DNA of 64,000 nt from Brevundimonas sp. (GCF_036405315.1 NZ_DASWXW010000016.1:5134-69133), one strand, 5' to 3'. Shown: positions 52,448-63,234, counted from the stretch's first letter. Numbers and translations: made by a program. Notes: generated from the sequence alone by a model not told the origin.

Positions 52448-54952
52448 ATGGCCCGAGACATCGAAAGCCTCGTCCTCACGATGAGCGCCGACATTCGCCG
52501 CATGGAGAAGTCGCTCGCGCAGGGCCAGCGGACCTTCGACAAAACGGCCGACGCCATCGAACGCCGTCAGCGCCAGCTCGACAAGAACCTGGCGAACCTC
52601 GGGCGCGAGGCGGGCAACTTCGCGCGGCCGGTTCAACTGGCTGCGACCGTCGCTCTCGGCGCCATCACGGCCATGTCCTATCAGGCCGCGCGCCGGGCCG
52701 AGGCTGTCAGCGGCGCCTTCGAGCAGACCTTCCGCGATATGCCGAAGGAGGCCGCCCTCGCCGCCTCCGGCATCGCGTCGGAGTTCGGCCGGCTTGAGAC
52801 GGACATCAAGGACAACTTCACTCAGCTGCGATCCGTCCTGACAGCGCTCGGCGTGGATGCCCAGCAGTCGCTGTCGATCGTCGACCAGTTGCAGCGCAGG
52901 TCGCTGGACATCGCCGCCTTCCGCGACGTGTCGGACGCCGATGCTTTCCGGGCGGTGATCTCTGGCATCACCGGCGAGACCGAGCCGCTGAAGCGCTTCG
53001 GTATCGTGGTCAACGAGACGGCGGTAAAGGCCGAGCTGCTGAAGTTGGGGTTCAAGGGCAACGCAACCAATGCGTCGGAGGCCGCCAAATCCATCGCGCG
53101 CGCCAACATCATCATGCGCCAGTCGGCCGAGGCGCAGGGGCAGGTGGCGCGTGAGGCTGATGGTCTCGCTGAGAAGGAAAAGCGAGCAACGGTCGCTTTT
53201 CAAGAGCAGGCCGAAATGTTCGGCGACCAGTTTCTTCCGATCGCTGGAGAGGTGCTGACGTGGGCCACTGACGCCCTGAAAGCGTTCAACGATCTCCCGT
53301 CCGGCGTGCAGATCGCCGGGCTCTCGCTGCTGGGTCTTGTCGCCGCCGCTGGTCCCATCGCCATGGTGATCACCGGCCTCAGCAATCTAGTCAAAGCCGC
53401 CGTTGCCGCACGGGTCGCCATTGCCGGGATCGGGGCCACGTCAGCCGGCGCAGGCGTGGCTGCCGGAGCTGGTGCTGTAGCCGGTGCTGCGGCGCGGGCG
53501 CTGCCTGTTGTCGCGGCCGGTTCCGCCGTGATCTCGCTCGGCGGTGACACCAACCAGAAGGCCCTGCAAGGCCAAGAGCGTGTCAACGCTCAGCTTCGCG
53601 AAGAGGCTCGTGTTCGCCAGTCTATCGCCCGCCTGACGCGCGAGGGGAATGTGGCCGAGGCGCAGCGCCAGCAAGCCTACCTGCAGCGCGTCGAGACCAG
53701 CCGGAAGGCTGGTCAGTCGGCCCTTGCCTCTGCCGCTCCTGCCGCTGCCGCGACCGAGGCCCAGAAGGCCGCCGCTGAGATCCAGTCCGCACTTGGCGGG
53801 TTTACCCTTTCATCGGATCAGCAGGCACCAGTCGGTGGCGCTGGCGCTGGCGCTTCAGGTGCAGGTCGCGCCAAGGCGGAAGCCGCTGCAGCAGCGCGCC
53901 GCGCCGAGGCCCAGGAAGCCCTCTCCCTCCAGCGCGCCATCGACATCGCCCGCGCCTCGGGCAACGAAACGTCGATCAAGGCGGCAGAAGAGCGCCAGAC
54001 ACTGGTCCAGATGACGGCGCAATATGAGGCTGCTGGCTATACCGACGCCCGCGCGCGGGCCGTCGAGCACCTGTCCTACATCAATGCCGCTGAGGTCGCC
54101 GCCGAGGACCGCGAGAAGGCCGAAGAGCAGATCGAGATCATTCTCGCCGGGCGACGACGCCAACTTGAACGCGAGGAGGAATATCAGCGACGCATCCAGG
54201 ACCAGATGTTCGACAGGCTGGCTATGGAGGCAGAACTGGCCCGCCTGTCGGGTCATGAGGGCCGCCTCAAGAGCGCCGAGCGCGAACTCTGGATCGAGGA
54301 GCGGATCAACGAACTCCTGCGCCTGCGCCCCGAACTGAGCAAGGCGGACGCCCGCCAACAGGCCGGCGCTGACTGGCAGAACCTGGACAGCGCCGACAAC
54401 GAAGGCCGGATGCGCGACGAGTTCCGTCGCTCTTTCTCCGAGGGCATCCGAGCCGCGATTGACGGCGACCTGGGCGGCTTCTTCGAGAACCTGGCGGACC
54501 GCTTCACCGACCGGATGCTGGAAAACCTGGCGGACGATCTGTTCGACGTCGTGGCCGAAGCCGCCAAGGGCTTCATGTCCAGCGGCGGCGGTGGTTCAGG
54601 ATGGATCAGCGCTATCGCCTCCGCGTTCACCGGCTCCAAGCGCGCCGTCGGCGGCCCTGTCATGGCGGGTCGCCCCTATCTGGTCGGCGAACGCAAGGCT
54701 GAGGTCTTCGTGCCGAACGTCAACGGCAACGTGGTCTCCAGCGTCAACGCCGCCATGGGGCGAGTGCAGGCTACGTCTGCACGGCCGGCCGCGGCTCAAC
54801 CCATCATGTTCGATCTGCGGGGGGCCATCGTGACGGAAGATATCCTGCAGAAGATCAATCAGGTCGGCGTCATGGCGGCGCAGGGGGCAGTGGCGACCAG
54901 CAGTCAGGTCATCCCTGCGCAGCAGGCGCGGACGCAAAGGTACACGCGCTGA
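52448..54952 (+). CDS. Tape measure protein
   Basis: Ala-rich helical, ITGETEPLKRFG, RAVGGPV..Y.VGERKAEVFVP. Confidence 0.92.
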   Translation: MARDIESLVLTMSADIRRMEKSLAQGQRTFDKTADAIERRQRQLDKNLANLGREAGNFARPVQLAATVALGAITAMSYQAARRAEAVSGAFEQTFRDMPKEAALAASGIASEFGRLETDIKDNFTQLRSVLTALGVDAQQSLSIVDQLQRRSLDIAAFRDVSDADAFRAVISGITGETEPLKRFGIVVNETAVKAELLKLGFKGNATNASEAAKSIARANIIMRQSAEAQGQVAREADGLAEKEKRATVAFQEQAEMFGDQFLPIAGEVLTWATDALKAFNDLPSGVQIAGLSLLGLVAAAGPIAMVITGLSNLVKAAVAARVAIAGIGATSAGAGVAAGAGAVAGAAARALPVVAAGSAVISLGGDTNQKALQGQERVNAQLREEARVRQSIARLTREGNVAEAQRQQAYLQRVETSRKAGQSALASAAPAAAATEAQKAAAEIQSALGGFTLSSDQQAPVGGAGAGASGAGRAKAEAAAAARRAEAQEALSLQRAIDIARASGNETSIKAAEERQTLVQMTAQYEAAGYTDARARAVEHLSYINAAEVAAEDREKAEEQIEIILAGRRRQLEREEEYQRRIQDQMFDRLAMEAELARLSGHEGRLKSAERELWIEERINELLRLRPELSKADARQQAGADWQNLDSADNEGRMRDEFRRSFSEGIRAAIDGDLGGFFENLADRFTDRMLENLADDLFDVVAEAAKGFMSSGGGGSGWISAIASAFTGSKRAVGGPVMAGRPYLVGERKAEVFVPNVNGNVVSSVNAAMGRVQATSARPAAAQPIMFDLRGAIVTEDILQKINQVGVMAAQGAVATSSQVIPAQQARTQRYTR

Positions 54953-55539
54953 TGGGGGTCCTGCTTCAAGGCCTGCCGCGCTCGACGCAGTACAACATGC
55001 GGGCGATCTCGGCGGCCAATACCATGAGCCCTGCCTTCGCCGGCGCCGACCAAAGGCTGAGCCGGAAGGGCTCGCGGTTCGCCCTGGACGTGTCCATCCC
55101 GGCCCTGTCGGCTGCTGGGTGCGGCATGGGGCTGATCGCGGACCTGCTGCGCGGTGAGACCGAGCCGCTGGTGCTGGCGATCCCGGAGCACCTGCCCACT
55201 GTCGCCTATGGCGCGCCGGTCTCAAACGGCGTCGTCGCAGGTTCGGTTCTGCCCGCGCGTGGGCTGGAGCCCGGCGTCGTCATCCGCAAGGGCAAGTTCC
55301 TTTCGGTCATCCTCGGCGGGCAGCGCTTCGTTCACATTGTGACGGCCGAGGCGACAGCGAACGGGATCGGCCAGGCCAACCTGTCGATCTGGCCCATGCT
55401 GCGTCGTCCGACCATCGACGGCGCCGTGATTGAACTGGCCGAACCCAAGATCGAAGGCTTTGTCGAGCCGGGTCAGGACTGGTCGATCAACAGCCTGAAG
55501 GCGGTCGGGCTGTCGTTCAGCTTGAAGGAGCGCGAATAG
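54952..55539 (+). CDS. Distal tail protein-like
   Basis: Position after TMP. Confidence 0.65.
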   Translation: MGVLLQGLPRSTQYNMRAISAANTMSPAFAGADQRLSRKGSRFALDVSIPALSAAGCGMGLIADLLRGETEPLVLAIPEHLPTVAYGAPVSNGVVAGSVLPARGLEPGVVIRKGKFLSVILGGQRFVHIVTAEATANGIGQANLSIWPMLRRPTIDGAVIELAEPKIEGFVEPGQDWSINSLKAVGLSFSLKERE

Positions 55540-56172
55540 ATGGGCGCCTCCCTCGTCGCCGCATTCCAGCAACCCGCCCCGATCAAATGCACCCTGGTTC
55601 GCCTGGACATGGCGGGCGGCGCGGTCTGCCTGACCGATGGCGGCTTCGCGCAGTTCGACGCGGGCGAAGGCGATGGGCCGGAGATCTACTACGGCCGCCA
55701 CCCGATCTACGGCGTCCTGTCTTCGGTCGGCGCCATCAAGGACGGCGCGGACGCGCAGACCACGCGCGTCGACATCGTCATCCTGCCGGCGTCGGACGTG
55801 GCCACGGCCGCGCTGGGTTCGCCGTCCACCCAGGGCGCGCGCGTCCAGTGGTGGGAGGGCGTCATCGACCCGGCGACAGGCGGCCTGATCGGCGCCCCCG
55901 AACTGAAGTTCGGGGGCGAGATCGACAAGCCTCGGCTTCAGGTCGGTGACAGCTGGTCCCTGACGCTGGAATGCGGCACCCAGGCCGAGCGCCAGCTGGA
56001 GCCGAACGCCGACTGGCGCCTGAACGACGCCTTCCACCGGCGCGTCTGGGGCGGCGAACTGGGCCTCGTCTTTGTCGACGGCGTCGCCCGCAAGGAAGAG
56101 TGGCGCTCGCGTCCGCCCGATCCCGGCCTGTTCAAGCGCCTGCTGAACACCTTCGTCCCCTTCTCAAAATAA
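55540..56172 (+). CDS. Tail tip hub protein (gpL-like)
   Basis: Position; FV..V..WG pattern. Confidence 0.6.
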   Translation: MGASLVAAFQQPAPIKCTLVRLDMAGGAVCLTDGGFAQFDAGEGDGPEIYYGRHPIYGVLSSVGAIKDGADAQTTRVDIVILPASDVATAALGSPSTQGARVQWWEGVIDPATGGLIGAPELKFGGEIDKPRLQVGDSWSLTLECGTQAERQLEPNADWRLNDAFHRRVWGGELGLVFVDGVARKEEWRSRPPDPGLFKRLLNTFVPFSK

Positions 56173-56181
56173 GGGCGATCC

Positions 56182-56601
56182 ATGCCTGACATGATCAAGC
56201 GGGCTGCGGCGACGCAGGCCTGCATGGACCGCTTTGCCGGTCGCTTCTACGCGCCTGGAACCCGGGACTGCGGCAAGCTGGCGGCCCACGCCCTGCACAA
56301 GCAGGGGCGCAGGGCCAAGCTGCTGACGGCCGCCCGTCACAAGACCGAGGCCGGGGCCGTTCGCTACATCCGCAAGGCCGGGTTCAAGGACCTGGTCGAG
56401 CTGATGGACGCGGTCGGTCTGGAGCGCATTCCGCCCGCCGCCGCCCTGCCCGGCGACATCGTCGCCATGGCCATGCCTGAGGGCGATCCCTTCGGCTGCT
56501 CGCTGACCGTCGCCCTCGATAACGGCCGCATCCTCGGCTTCAAGGACGGCGTCTGCCAGGTGCTGGTCCCCCACGACTTCGTGACGGCCTGGAGGGTCTG
56601 A
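56182..56601 (+). CDS. NlpC/P60-like tail assembly protein (DUF6950-like)
   Basis: GTRDC..A, PGDIV. Confidence 0.7.
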   Translation: MPDMIKRAAATQACMDRFAGRFYAPGTRDCGKLAAHALHKQGRRAKLLTAARHKTEAGAVRYIRKAGFKDLVELMDAVGLERIPPAAALPGDIVAMAMPEGDPFGCSLTVALDNGRILGFKDGVCQVLVPHDFVTAWRV

Positions 56602-59600
56602 ATGCCTCAGCTTGCGCTTGCGGCCTCGACCCTGACGACGGCCGGCACTACGGCGGCCGTGACGACGGCGACGACGGCCGCCGCCTCGGCGGCCGCGACC
56701 GCGACGCTGACCTCGACCCTTATGTCGGTGGCCACGAACGTCCTGACCAATCTGGCGATCTCGGCGGCCCTGTCGGCGCTGCAGCCTCAGGTCGGCGTGG
56801 CCGGGCGGACGTTCGAATGGACGCTGGACCCTGACGGCCCGATCCCGTTCGCGGCGGGCCGCGTCGGCGTGGCCGGGTCGGTCGTCTATCGGAAAACCTA
56901 CGGCCCTGACCTGATGTATTACGGCTTCGTCTCGGTGCTTTCGGGCGCCGGGCCGATCGACGGGTTCGAGACCTTCCGGGGCGACGACGAGTTCGTCACC
57001 TTTGACGGCGCGGGCAAGGCGATCACCTCGCAGTGGAAGGGCGAGATGTGGCTGAAGCAGTCCTTCGGGACGCAGCCGGACACCGCCCTGGTCTCGCCCG
57101 CCGGCCTCAAGAATAACGTCACCCTGCCGGGCTGGACGGGCGCGAACCGTCTGTCGGGCAAGGCGGCCTATATGCTGGTGCTGGGGGAGAACTCCAAGCG
57201 CACCGCCTATCCGACCGGCGAGCCCAAGCCCCTCTATGTCATCCGGGGCCTGAAGGGCTGGGACCCGCGCCAAGACAGCACCTACCCGGGCGGCGCCGGA
57301 CCATGTCGACTGAACGACCCCTCGACCTGGGTCTATATCGCCAACCCGATCCTGTGGGCGCTGAAATGGTCGCTGGGCCTGTGGGAAGGCCCGATCGGTA
57401 AGGGCGCGCCTCAGGTCGATTATCAGGTCGGGGGCATCGGGGCGAAGCTGTCGGGCATCGACGTGCCGGCCTTCGTCGCCGCCGCCAACGTGGCCGACGC
57501 CAACGGCTGGACCGTCGCCGCCTATCCGACGACCGACGACGACAAGAGCCAGGTGCTGGACGCCTTCCTGCAGGCGGGAGGGGCCATCTATGCTCAGCGC
57601 GCGGGCAAGATCAGTTGCATCCAGCGCGCCGCGCCGCGCGCCAGCATCGTCACCATCTCGGCCGCCGACACGGCCGGGCCGCTGGAGATCGACACGGCCG
57701 CCAGCCGCATCGACCGCATCAACACCATCCGGCCGCGCTACTGGTCCGAAGCGCATCGCTGGCAGTTGACCGCCCTGGATGAGGTGACGGCCGAGTCCTA
57801 TCAGGTTGAGGACGGCGGCAAGCGCACCCGGGGCATCGACTATCCCTATGTGACGGACGCCAAGCAGGCGGCCCAGCTGGCGGCCCTGCAGATCGCCAAC
57901 ACGCGCGAGGGCATCGCGGGCGTGATCCCGTTGAAGCCGCACCTGCAGCGCATCCGGCCTGGCGACGCCTTCACTATCACCGAGCCGGGCTTTGTCCTGA
58001 ACGGCCTGAAGTGCCTGTGCCTGAACACCGACTATGACCCGGCGACGGGCGTGGTGCGCGTGTCCTTCGTCAGCGAGACGGATCAGAAGTATCCCTTCGC
58101 CCTGGGCCAGTCGCCGGTCCCGCCGGCGCCGCCGACCCTGACGCCGTCCGATCCGACCGTCGTCTCGCCGCCGGGTCCGAACGACTGGGTGATCACGCCG
58201 CGCCCGCCGGGCACGGGCGGGACGCGCTTGCCGGGCTTCAACCTGTCGGGCGTCGTCGGCAACAGCACCGCCACGGCCATCGAGGTCCAGTGGTGGGAGG
58301 TGCCGGACGGCGTCGATCCGATGGACGAGCCGCCGGAAGACGCCAAGTGGCAGTCGGCCGGGACGTGGCCGCCGACCGCGACGGATATCCCCATCAACGT
58401 GCCGGGCGGTCGCTATTACTGGATCGGCCTGATCCACGTCCGCAACCTGAACTACTCGGAGCGGACGGTTTACGGTCCCTATCTGGCTGGGGTTCTGGTC
58501 GCCGACATGGCCCCCGACGCCCCGGCGCTGGAGGACATCAGGGCCGAGGCCCGCGCCAAGGCCGCGCTTCTGATCAAGGAAGCCGCCGCTCGCTGGAACC
58601 GTGCCGAGACGGACAAGCGGTTCGTGATCCAGAATATCGAGTTCGTCAGCGAGAAGCTGGCGATCACGCGCGAGACGCTGGAGCTGGCGGACGCGGATCA
58701 GATCGCGCTGCTGGAGGTCGAGCGGGTCGCCCGGATCGACGGCGACGAGGCCGAGAGCATCGCTCGACAACTGCAGATCGCCGGGGTGGAGGACGCCCTG
58801 TCCGTCGTGGACGAGTTTTCGCGCGCCACAGCGACTGCGCTGGGCACCGAGACCGAGACGCGGACGTCACAGGTCAGCAGCCTGGGCGACGCCCTGGCCA
58901 TTGTGGACGACAAGGCCACCACGGCGGTCACGACAGCGAGCGCGGCGGCGGAGCAAACCACGGCCCTGGTCGCGGAGGTCGGCGACGTCAAGTCCGCCGT
59001 CACCATCAACGCCGAGGCCATCGCCGACCTGGAGGCCCAGAACAACATCGCCCGGTTCGACCTGGAGGTCGCGGCGGGCGGCGGGAAGCCAGCTCGGGTT
59101 TCTCTCATCTCGCAGGCGTCGGGATCGGACATCGCCCTGCTGGCCGAACAGATCTGGTTCGGCGACAACACCTTCTGGGCCGATGGGTCGGACACCTTCC
59201 AGACCCTGACAGCGGGCGGGCGGCGTCTGGTGACGCACGGGCCGTTCGGCGTCGGCGGCGAGATGTTGATGTGGCTTGGGCCGTCCAGCATCGCCGTCTC
59301 GTCGATGTCGCGGGCCAATGCGGACTTCTTCATCGCTGTGAACGCGCCGCGCATCGGCGGGGCGGACTTCCCGGTCGGAGGCGGATCAAGCGGCTCGGCG
59401 ACCGGGCGCAGGGAGTCGCTGTCCAACAGCTTCAACACCGGCAACACCTGGGCCACGGTCGAGGTGTTGACGCCGAGCGGGGTGCCTGCGGCGCCCTTCA
59501 TCAGCGCCAACGTCGAATGGCTTTCGGCGCCGTCGGTTTCGGACACCGGCACCTGGGTCGGCGAGTTGCGCCTGATCGAGGTGGCGTCGGAGACGGTTGT

Positions 59601-59781
59601 CGGCGGACCGGAGCCGATTTCGATCACCCACTACAACGAGCCTCCGGGCCTCACCCTGACTGGTCCGGGCTCTGCAACCGGCGCGGTTCAATACGCCCTG
59701 CAGTGCCGCCGGACGAGCGGGTCCAACAACGTCTCCAGCATCGCCTTCGCCATCAACTTCGACGCTTACCAGAGGCTCTAG
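56602..59781 (+). CDS. Central tail tip / host-specificity protein (gpJ-like)
   Basis: GRVGVAG, DPRQD, NP.LWAL, coiled-coil region, 1059 aa. Confidence 0.82.
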   Translation: MPQLALAASTLTTAGTTAAVTTATTAAASAAATATLTSTLMSVATNVLTNLAISAALSALQPQVGVAGRTFEWTLDPDGPIPFAAGRVGVAGSVVYRKTYGPDLMYYGFVSVLSGAGPIDGFETFRGDDEFVTFDGAGKAITSQWKGEMWLKQSFGTQPDTALVSPAGLKNNVTLPGWTGANRLSGKAAYMLVLGENSKRTAYPTGEPKPLYVIRGLKGWDPRQDSTYPGGAGPCRLNDPSTWVYIANPILWALKWSLGLWEGPIGKGAPQVDYQVGGIGAKLSGIDVPAFVAAANVADANGWTVAAYPTTDDDKSQVLDAFLQAGGAIYAQRAGKISCIQRAAPRASIVTISAADTAGPLEIDTAASRIDRINTIRPRYWSEAHRWQLTALDEVTAESYQVEDGGKRTRGIDYPYVTDAKQAAQLAALQIANTREGIAGVIPLKPHLQRIRPGDAFTITEPGFVLNGLKCLCLNTDYDPATGVVRVSFVSETDQKYPFALGQSPVPPAPPTLTPSDPTVVSPPGPNDWVITPRPPGTGGTRLPGFNLSGVVGNSTATAIEVQWWEVPDGVDPMDEPPEDAKWQSAGTWPPTATDIPINVPGGRYYWIGLIHVRNLNYSERTVYGPYLAGVLVADMAPDAPALEDIRAEARAKAALLIKEAAARWNRAETDKRFVIQNIEFVSEKLAITRETLELADADQIALLEVERVARIDGDEAESIARQLQIAGVEDALSVVDEFSRATATALGTETETRTSQVSSLGDALAIVDDKATTAVTTASAAAEQTTALVAEVGDVKSAVTINAEAIADLEAQNNIARFDLEVAAGGGKPARVSLISQASGSDIALLAEQIWFGDNTFWADGSDTFQTLTAGGRRLVTHGPFGVGGEMLMWLGPSSIAVSSMSRANADFFIAVNAPRIGGADFPVGGGSSGSATGRRESLSNSFNTGNTWATVEVLTPSGVPAAPFISANVEWLSAPSVSDTGTWVGELRLIEVASETVVGGPEPISITHYNEPPGLTLTGPGSATGAVQYALQCRRTSGSNNVSSIAFAINFDAYQRL

Positions 59782-59790
59782 GAGGCCGAC

Positions 59791-61248
59791 ATGACGACGC
59801 CCGACCTCACAGAGATCGCGATCATCCTCCAGGACACCCTGGGGCGGATCGACAACACCATCATCATCACCGCGCCGCCCGCTGCTGACCTGGGCAGCAT
59901 CGGGGCTATGGCGCTCGATCTGGAAAACAACCTGCTCTACGGCCCGAAGACGACGCTGGGGTGGGGCGTGGGGCGGCCGACCATCGGCGGCCAAGGTCCC
60001 GCCGGCGTCATCAGCGATGCGTCAATTGCGATGCTGGCGCCGGGGGCTGATCCCACCATCACGCTCGGCGGAACGCCGGAAGACCGCACCATCGCCTTCG
60101 GCGTTCCGGCCGCCGCTGACGGCGTCACGCCGAACGTCAGTTTTGAGATCGTCATGGTGGCCCATGGCGAGCCCGCGACTGTGGTCCAGTCGGGCACGGT
60201 TGAGGCGCCGCATCTGATCTTCAACATCCCGTCGCCCCTGCCGGGCGTGGACGGGAAGAATGTCGAGATCCAGAAGTCGGCGACCCATATCCAGTGGCGC
60301 CGCGTCGGCGACGTGGCCTGGACCGATTTGGTCGCCCTGACCGACCTGATGGTGAAGGGCGACAAGGGCGACGCGTTCGAGTTCAACGCCAAGCCCGCCG
60401 ATCTGGCCGCCCGCGCCGCCTATGACGCCGAGCCGGAAGGTTTCACCGTTCTGGTGATGGATACGGGCTACGTCTATGCCCGCATCGGCGCGACGCCGGG
60501 CGTGTGGTCGGACGGCTTCCCCTTCGGACAGACCCAGAACGCCATCCTTGAGGCTTTGTCGGCCCTGAACGCTACGGAAGGCGTGCTGGTCCAGACCGGC
60601 GCGGCGACCTTCGCCAAACGGGCCATCGGCGCCGCTTCCGACGATGACCTGCTGAACCGTGGCGCGGCCGACGGGCGCTATCGCCTGAAGGGCGAGGCGG
60701 TGGCGCTGGCGGACGTAACCGGCCTGGCGTTGGCGCTGGACGACAAGGCCAACGCGGCGGCGGTTCTCGCCCTGCTGGCGCAGAAGGAAGACAAGACCGC
60801 CAAGGGCGCGGCCAATGGCTATGCGGGGTTGGACGCCGACAGCAAGGTTCCGGCGGCGCAACTGACCTTCGCCACCAAGGAGGAGGTCTGGGCCGGGACG
60901 GTGGCCGACAAGATCGTTCCCCCCTCAGTCCTTAAGACCGCGCTCGAGTTTCAGGCCCTGGCGCTGGTGTCCAACGTCGCGACGATGAACTGCCATGCCG
61001 GGATCAACTTCACGGTTCCGCAGCTGACCGCGAACGCCACGCTGGCCAACCCGACGAACAAGGTCGATGGCCGGGACGGGAAGATCAACTTCAGCTACGA
61101 CGCCTCGGCGAGGACCCTCAGCCTCGGCTCGGACTGGAAGAAGTTCGCCGCCTCCCCCGCGATCCCGACCGCTGCGAACAGCAAGTTCACCATCGTCTAT
61201 TCGATCATCGGGACGGACGTCTTCTACAGCGTCCTGGTGAAGCCATGA
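59791..61248 (+). CDS. Tail fibre protein
   Basis: G-x-x segments, KEDKTAKGAANGYAGLD repeat module, C-terminal beta domain. Confidence 0.75.
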   Translation: MTTPDLTEIAIILQDTLGRIDNTIIITAPPAADLGSIGAMALDLENNLLYGPKTTLGWGVGRPTIGGQGPAGVISDASIAMLAPGADPTITLGGTPEDRTIAFGVPAAADGVTPNVSFEIVMVAHGEPATVVQSGTVEAPHLIFNIPSPLPGVDGKNVEIQKSATHIQWRRVGDVAWTDLVALTDLMVKGDKGDAFEFNAKPADLAARAAYDAEPEGFTVLVMDTGYVYARIGATPGVWSDGFPFGQTQNAILEALSALNATEGVLVQTGAATFAKRAIGAASDDDLLNRGAADGRYRLKGEAVALADVTGLALALDDKANAAAVLALLAQKEDKTAKGAANGYAGLDADSKVPAAQLTFATKEEVWAGTVADKIVPPSVLKTALEFQALALVSNVATMNCHAGINFTVPQLTANATLANPTNKVDGRDGKINFSYDASARTLSLGSDWKKFAASPAIPTAANSKFTIVYSIIGTDVFYSVLVKP

Positions 61249-61766
61249 TCTGCGCCTCTCCCCTGCTTCATGCCGGAGCTACGCCCGGCGGGAAGACATA
61301 CGAGGATTGGGCCGCTCACGCCGCGTCCAGAGTTCCGACGGTCCAAGGCCCCGCAAGCAACATTCCGTATAACGGAGTGGCCGGGTCTCGCCTGTTTCGT
61401 GCGACGTATTCGGCCGCTGCGGTTTCCCCTTCGGCCGTCGGGTCGCCGTGGAGTTACCGGTATGCCGGAAACTTTGAAGTCTTGCTTATCCATTCCATGA
61501 TTTCGGCTGCTGCCGCTGAGGAGCAGAAGGCGAACAACGGAACGGTTATTTTCAACGTAAACGGCCTATACGAAGTCGACTATCTGGCGGGAATAACTAG
61601 GAACGGGATAACGACAAGCACATACGACCTACCGGGCAATCCCGGGACTTTCTATTGGATAACAGAAGCGTCGTTTTGGGATTTCACGCTAGGTAAGCCT
61701 AGAACAATCAACCCTTACACCGCCTCTGGACCTGTCGACTACACTAACCCCGGATGGACGCCATGA
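61245..61766 (+). CDS. Low-GC putative fibre-tip adhesin
   Basis: ATGA-coupled to fibre; A/T-ending codons; aromatic/Gly/Thr rich. Confidence 0.6.
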   Translation: MICASPLLHAGATPGGKTYEDWAAHAASRVPTVQGPASNIPYNGVAGSRLFRATYSAAAVSPSAVGSPWSYRYAGNFEVLLIHSMISAAAAEEQKANNGTVIFNVNGLYEVDYLAGITRNGITTSTYDLPGNPGTFYWITEASFWDFTLGKPRTINPYTASGPVDYTNPGWTP

Positions 61767-62374
61767 CCTCTTACGCCTTCACCATCGGCGGAGAGCCGAT
61801 CCAGTTCCGTGGCGCCGACGACCACTTCCGCGCCGACGTCGATGGCGTCGAGACTTGGCACCCGCGCGCGGCTCTGACGATCTGGGGCGATGAAGAGCGG
61901 TCGGCGCTGAGCATCGTCAGAACTGAGATCCCGGCGCCTCTGCCGACTGTCGAGGTGCTCTGCGCCTTGATCGACGCCGAGCGCGACCGGCGCATGGCCG
62001 AGGACTTCGCCCATGACTTCGGCGAGACCCTGGCCTTCGACGACGAGCGCACCTTGCTGGGGCCGGGGCAGGGACAAGAGATCCCTGCAGGCCTGCGGCT
62101 GCTCCAGATGCAGCCAGATCCCGATCAGCGAAACTGGCAGGCCCTTCAGGGCGCCGCCCTGACGGCCGTGGTTTCGGGCGCGCCTGAAACCGTCCTGCCG
62201 ATGCGGGCCGAGGATAACTGGAACATCCAGACCACGGCGCTGCAGGTCCTGGCGGTGTTGTCGGCCATGACCGCCAAGGGGGCCGAGCTACTGTTCCATG
62301 GCGGGGCGTTGAAGTCGCAGCAACGAGCCGCCTATCCCGTCATCATCGACCGAACGGCGGGCTGGCCATCGTGA
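61763..62374 (+). CDS. Tail fibre assembly-like protein (DUF4376-like)
   Basis: IDAERDRR, MRAEDN. Confidence 0.6.
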   Translation: MTSYAFTIGGEPIQFRGADDHFRADVDGVETWHPRAALTIWGDEERSALSIVRTEIPAPLPTVEVLCALIDAERDRRMAEDFAHDFGETLAFDDERTLLGPGQGQEIPAGLRLLQMQPDPDQRNWQALQGAALTAVVSGAPETVLPMRAEDNWNIQTTALQVLAVLSAMTAKGAELLFHGGALKSQQRAAYPVIIDRTAGWPS

Positions 62375-62727
62375 TCCAGTTCGGACCCGTCCACGTCCGC
62401 GTCATCGATCGGAAGTGGCAGGAGGTGGTCGAGCCCTGCCCCGTCACCCTGAACGGATACCCACTTTGCATCATCGAGGCGGGATATCGCAGCGATGGTC
62501 TTTCGCGCCGCTGGTGGATGCCGGCCAAGTGGGGCCGCTTCGTTGAGCGTTACCGCGCCGCCGCCTTGTTGCATGACCGTCTCCTGGATGCGGCCGAGCA
62601 TCCGAAGTGGGTGATCGACTGGCTGTTCATGGGCGCGCTGCGTGCGTCCGGCGTGTCCGCCCTGGAGGCGGGCATGTTTTGGCTGGCCGTTCGCACCCGC
62701 CGACCGGGCAAGGCCTTCGGGGCCTGA
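62371..62727 (+). CDS. DUF1353 protein
   Basis: GYRSDGLS, AAALLHD, DWLFMGALRASGV, AVR. Confidence 0.78.
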   Translation: MIQFGPVHVRVIDRKWQEVVEPCPVTLNGYPLCIIEAGYRSDGLSRRWWMPAKWGRFVERYRAAALLHDRLLDAAEHPKWVIDWLFMGALRASGVSALEAGMFWLAVRTRRPGKAFGA

Positions 62728-62784
62728 CCTGACGAACCCGGTTCGCGCCGGGACACCATCACAATCCCTCGCGTAGGAGCCCGC

Positions 62785-63234
62785 ATGTCCGCAGGCCACC
62801 ACCTTTCCACGCCCTTCGCGTCCTGGGAGGGCATCGTCACGCTGCTGACGGCCCTTGGGCTTGGCGGGGTGCTTACCGCCCTTGTGCAGCGGCCATCGCG
62901 TCGCGCGATCGACGCCACGGCCTCAAAGGATCACGCAACCGGCGAGGCTGCCGTCATCAGCGCAACGGCGTCGGCCTTCACGGAAGTGACGAGTGGGCTG
63001 CGCGAGGAGATCGAACGGCTTCAGCGTGTGGCCGTCACGTTCGAAGCCGACCTAGCCGCCGCCCATGACCGCGCTGTCGCGCTGGATGCTCAGGTCAGGA
63101 AGCTGACGGCCGACCTCGACCGCGTGCGCCGTGAACGTGATGCTGCGCTGGAGAAGGCCGAGCAAAAGGAAGGCGAGATCAGGCAACTTCAGCAGGTGAT
63201 CTCTTCCCTGCGTCGTTCGGAGGACCTCGCATGA
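62785..63234 (+). CDS. TM plus coiled-coil protein (lysis region)
   Basis: N-terminal TM, long heptad repeat. Confidence 0.65.
   Translation: MSAGHHLSTPFASWEGIVTLLTALGLGGVLTALVQRPSRRAIDATASKDHATGEAAVISATASAFTEVTSGLREEIERLQRVAVTFEADLAAAHDRAVALDAQVRKLTADLDRVRRERDAALEKAEQKEGEIRQLQQVISSLRRSEDLA

Noticed and set aside
56164-58770. Long antisense ORFs (868 aa here; also 8754-10286, 27249-29111, 47659-49353 and others)
   Set aside because: Shadow frames of high-GC coding genes with no motifs and Arg/Gly-rich composition.
43619-59781. Gene transfer agent cluster
   Set aside because: The structural genes are GTA-related in family, but integrase, att, repressor switch, origin and HNH/P27 terminase indicate a true prophage.
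59791-62374. Diversity-generating retroelement or invertible fibre cassette
   Set aside because: No reverse transcriptase, template/variable repeat pair, invertase or inverted crossover sites are in the window.
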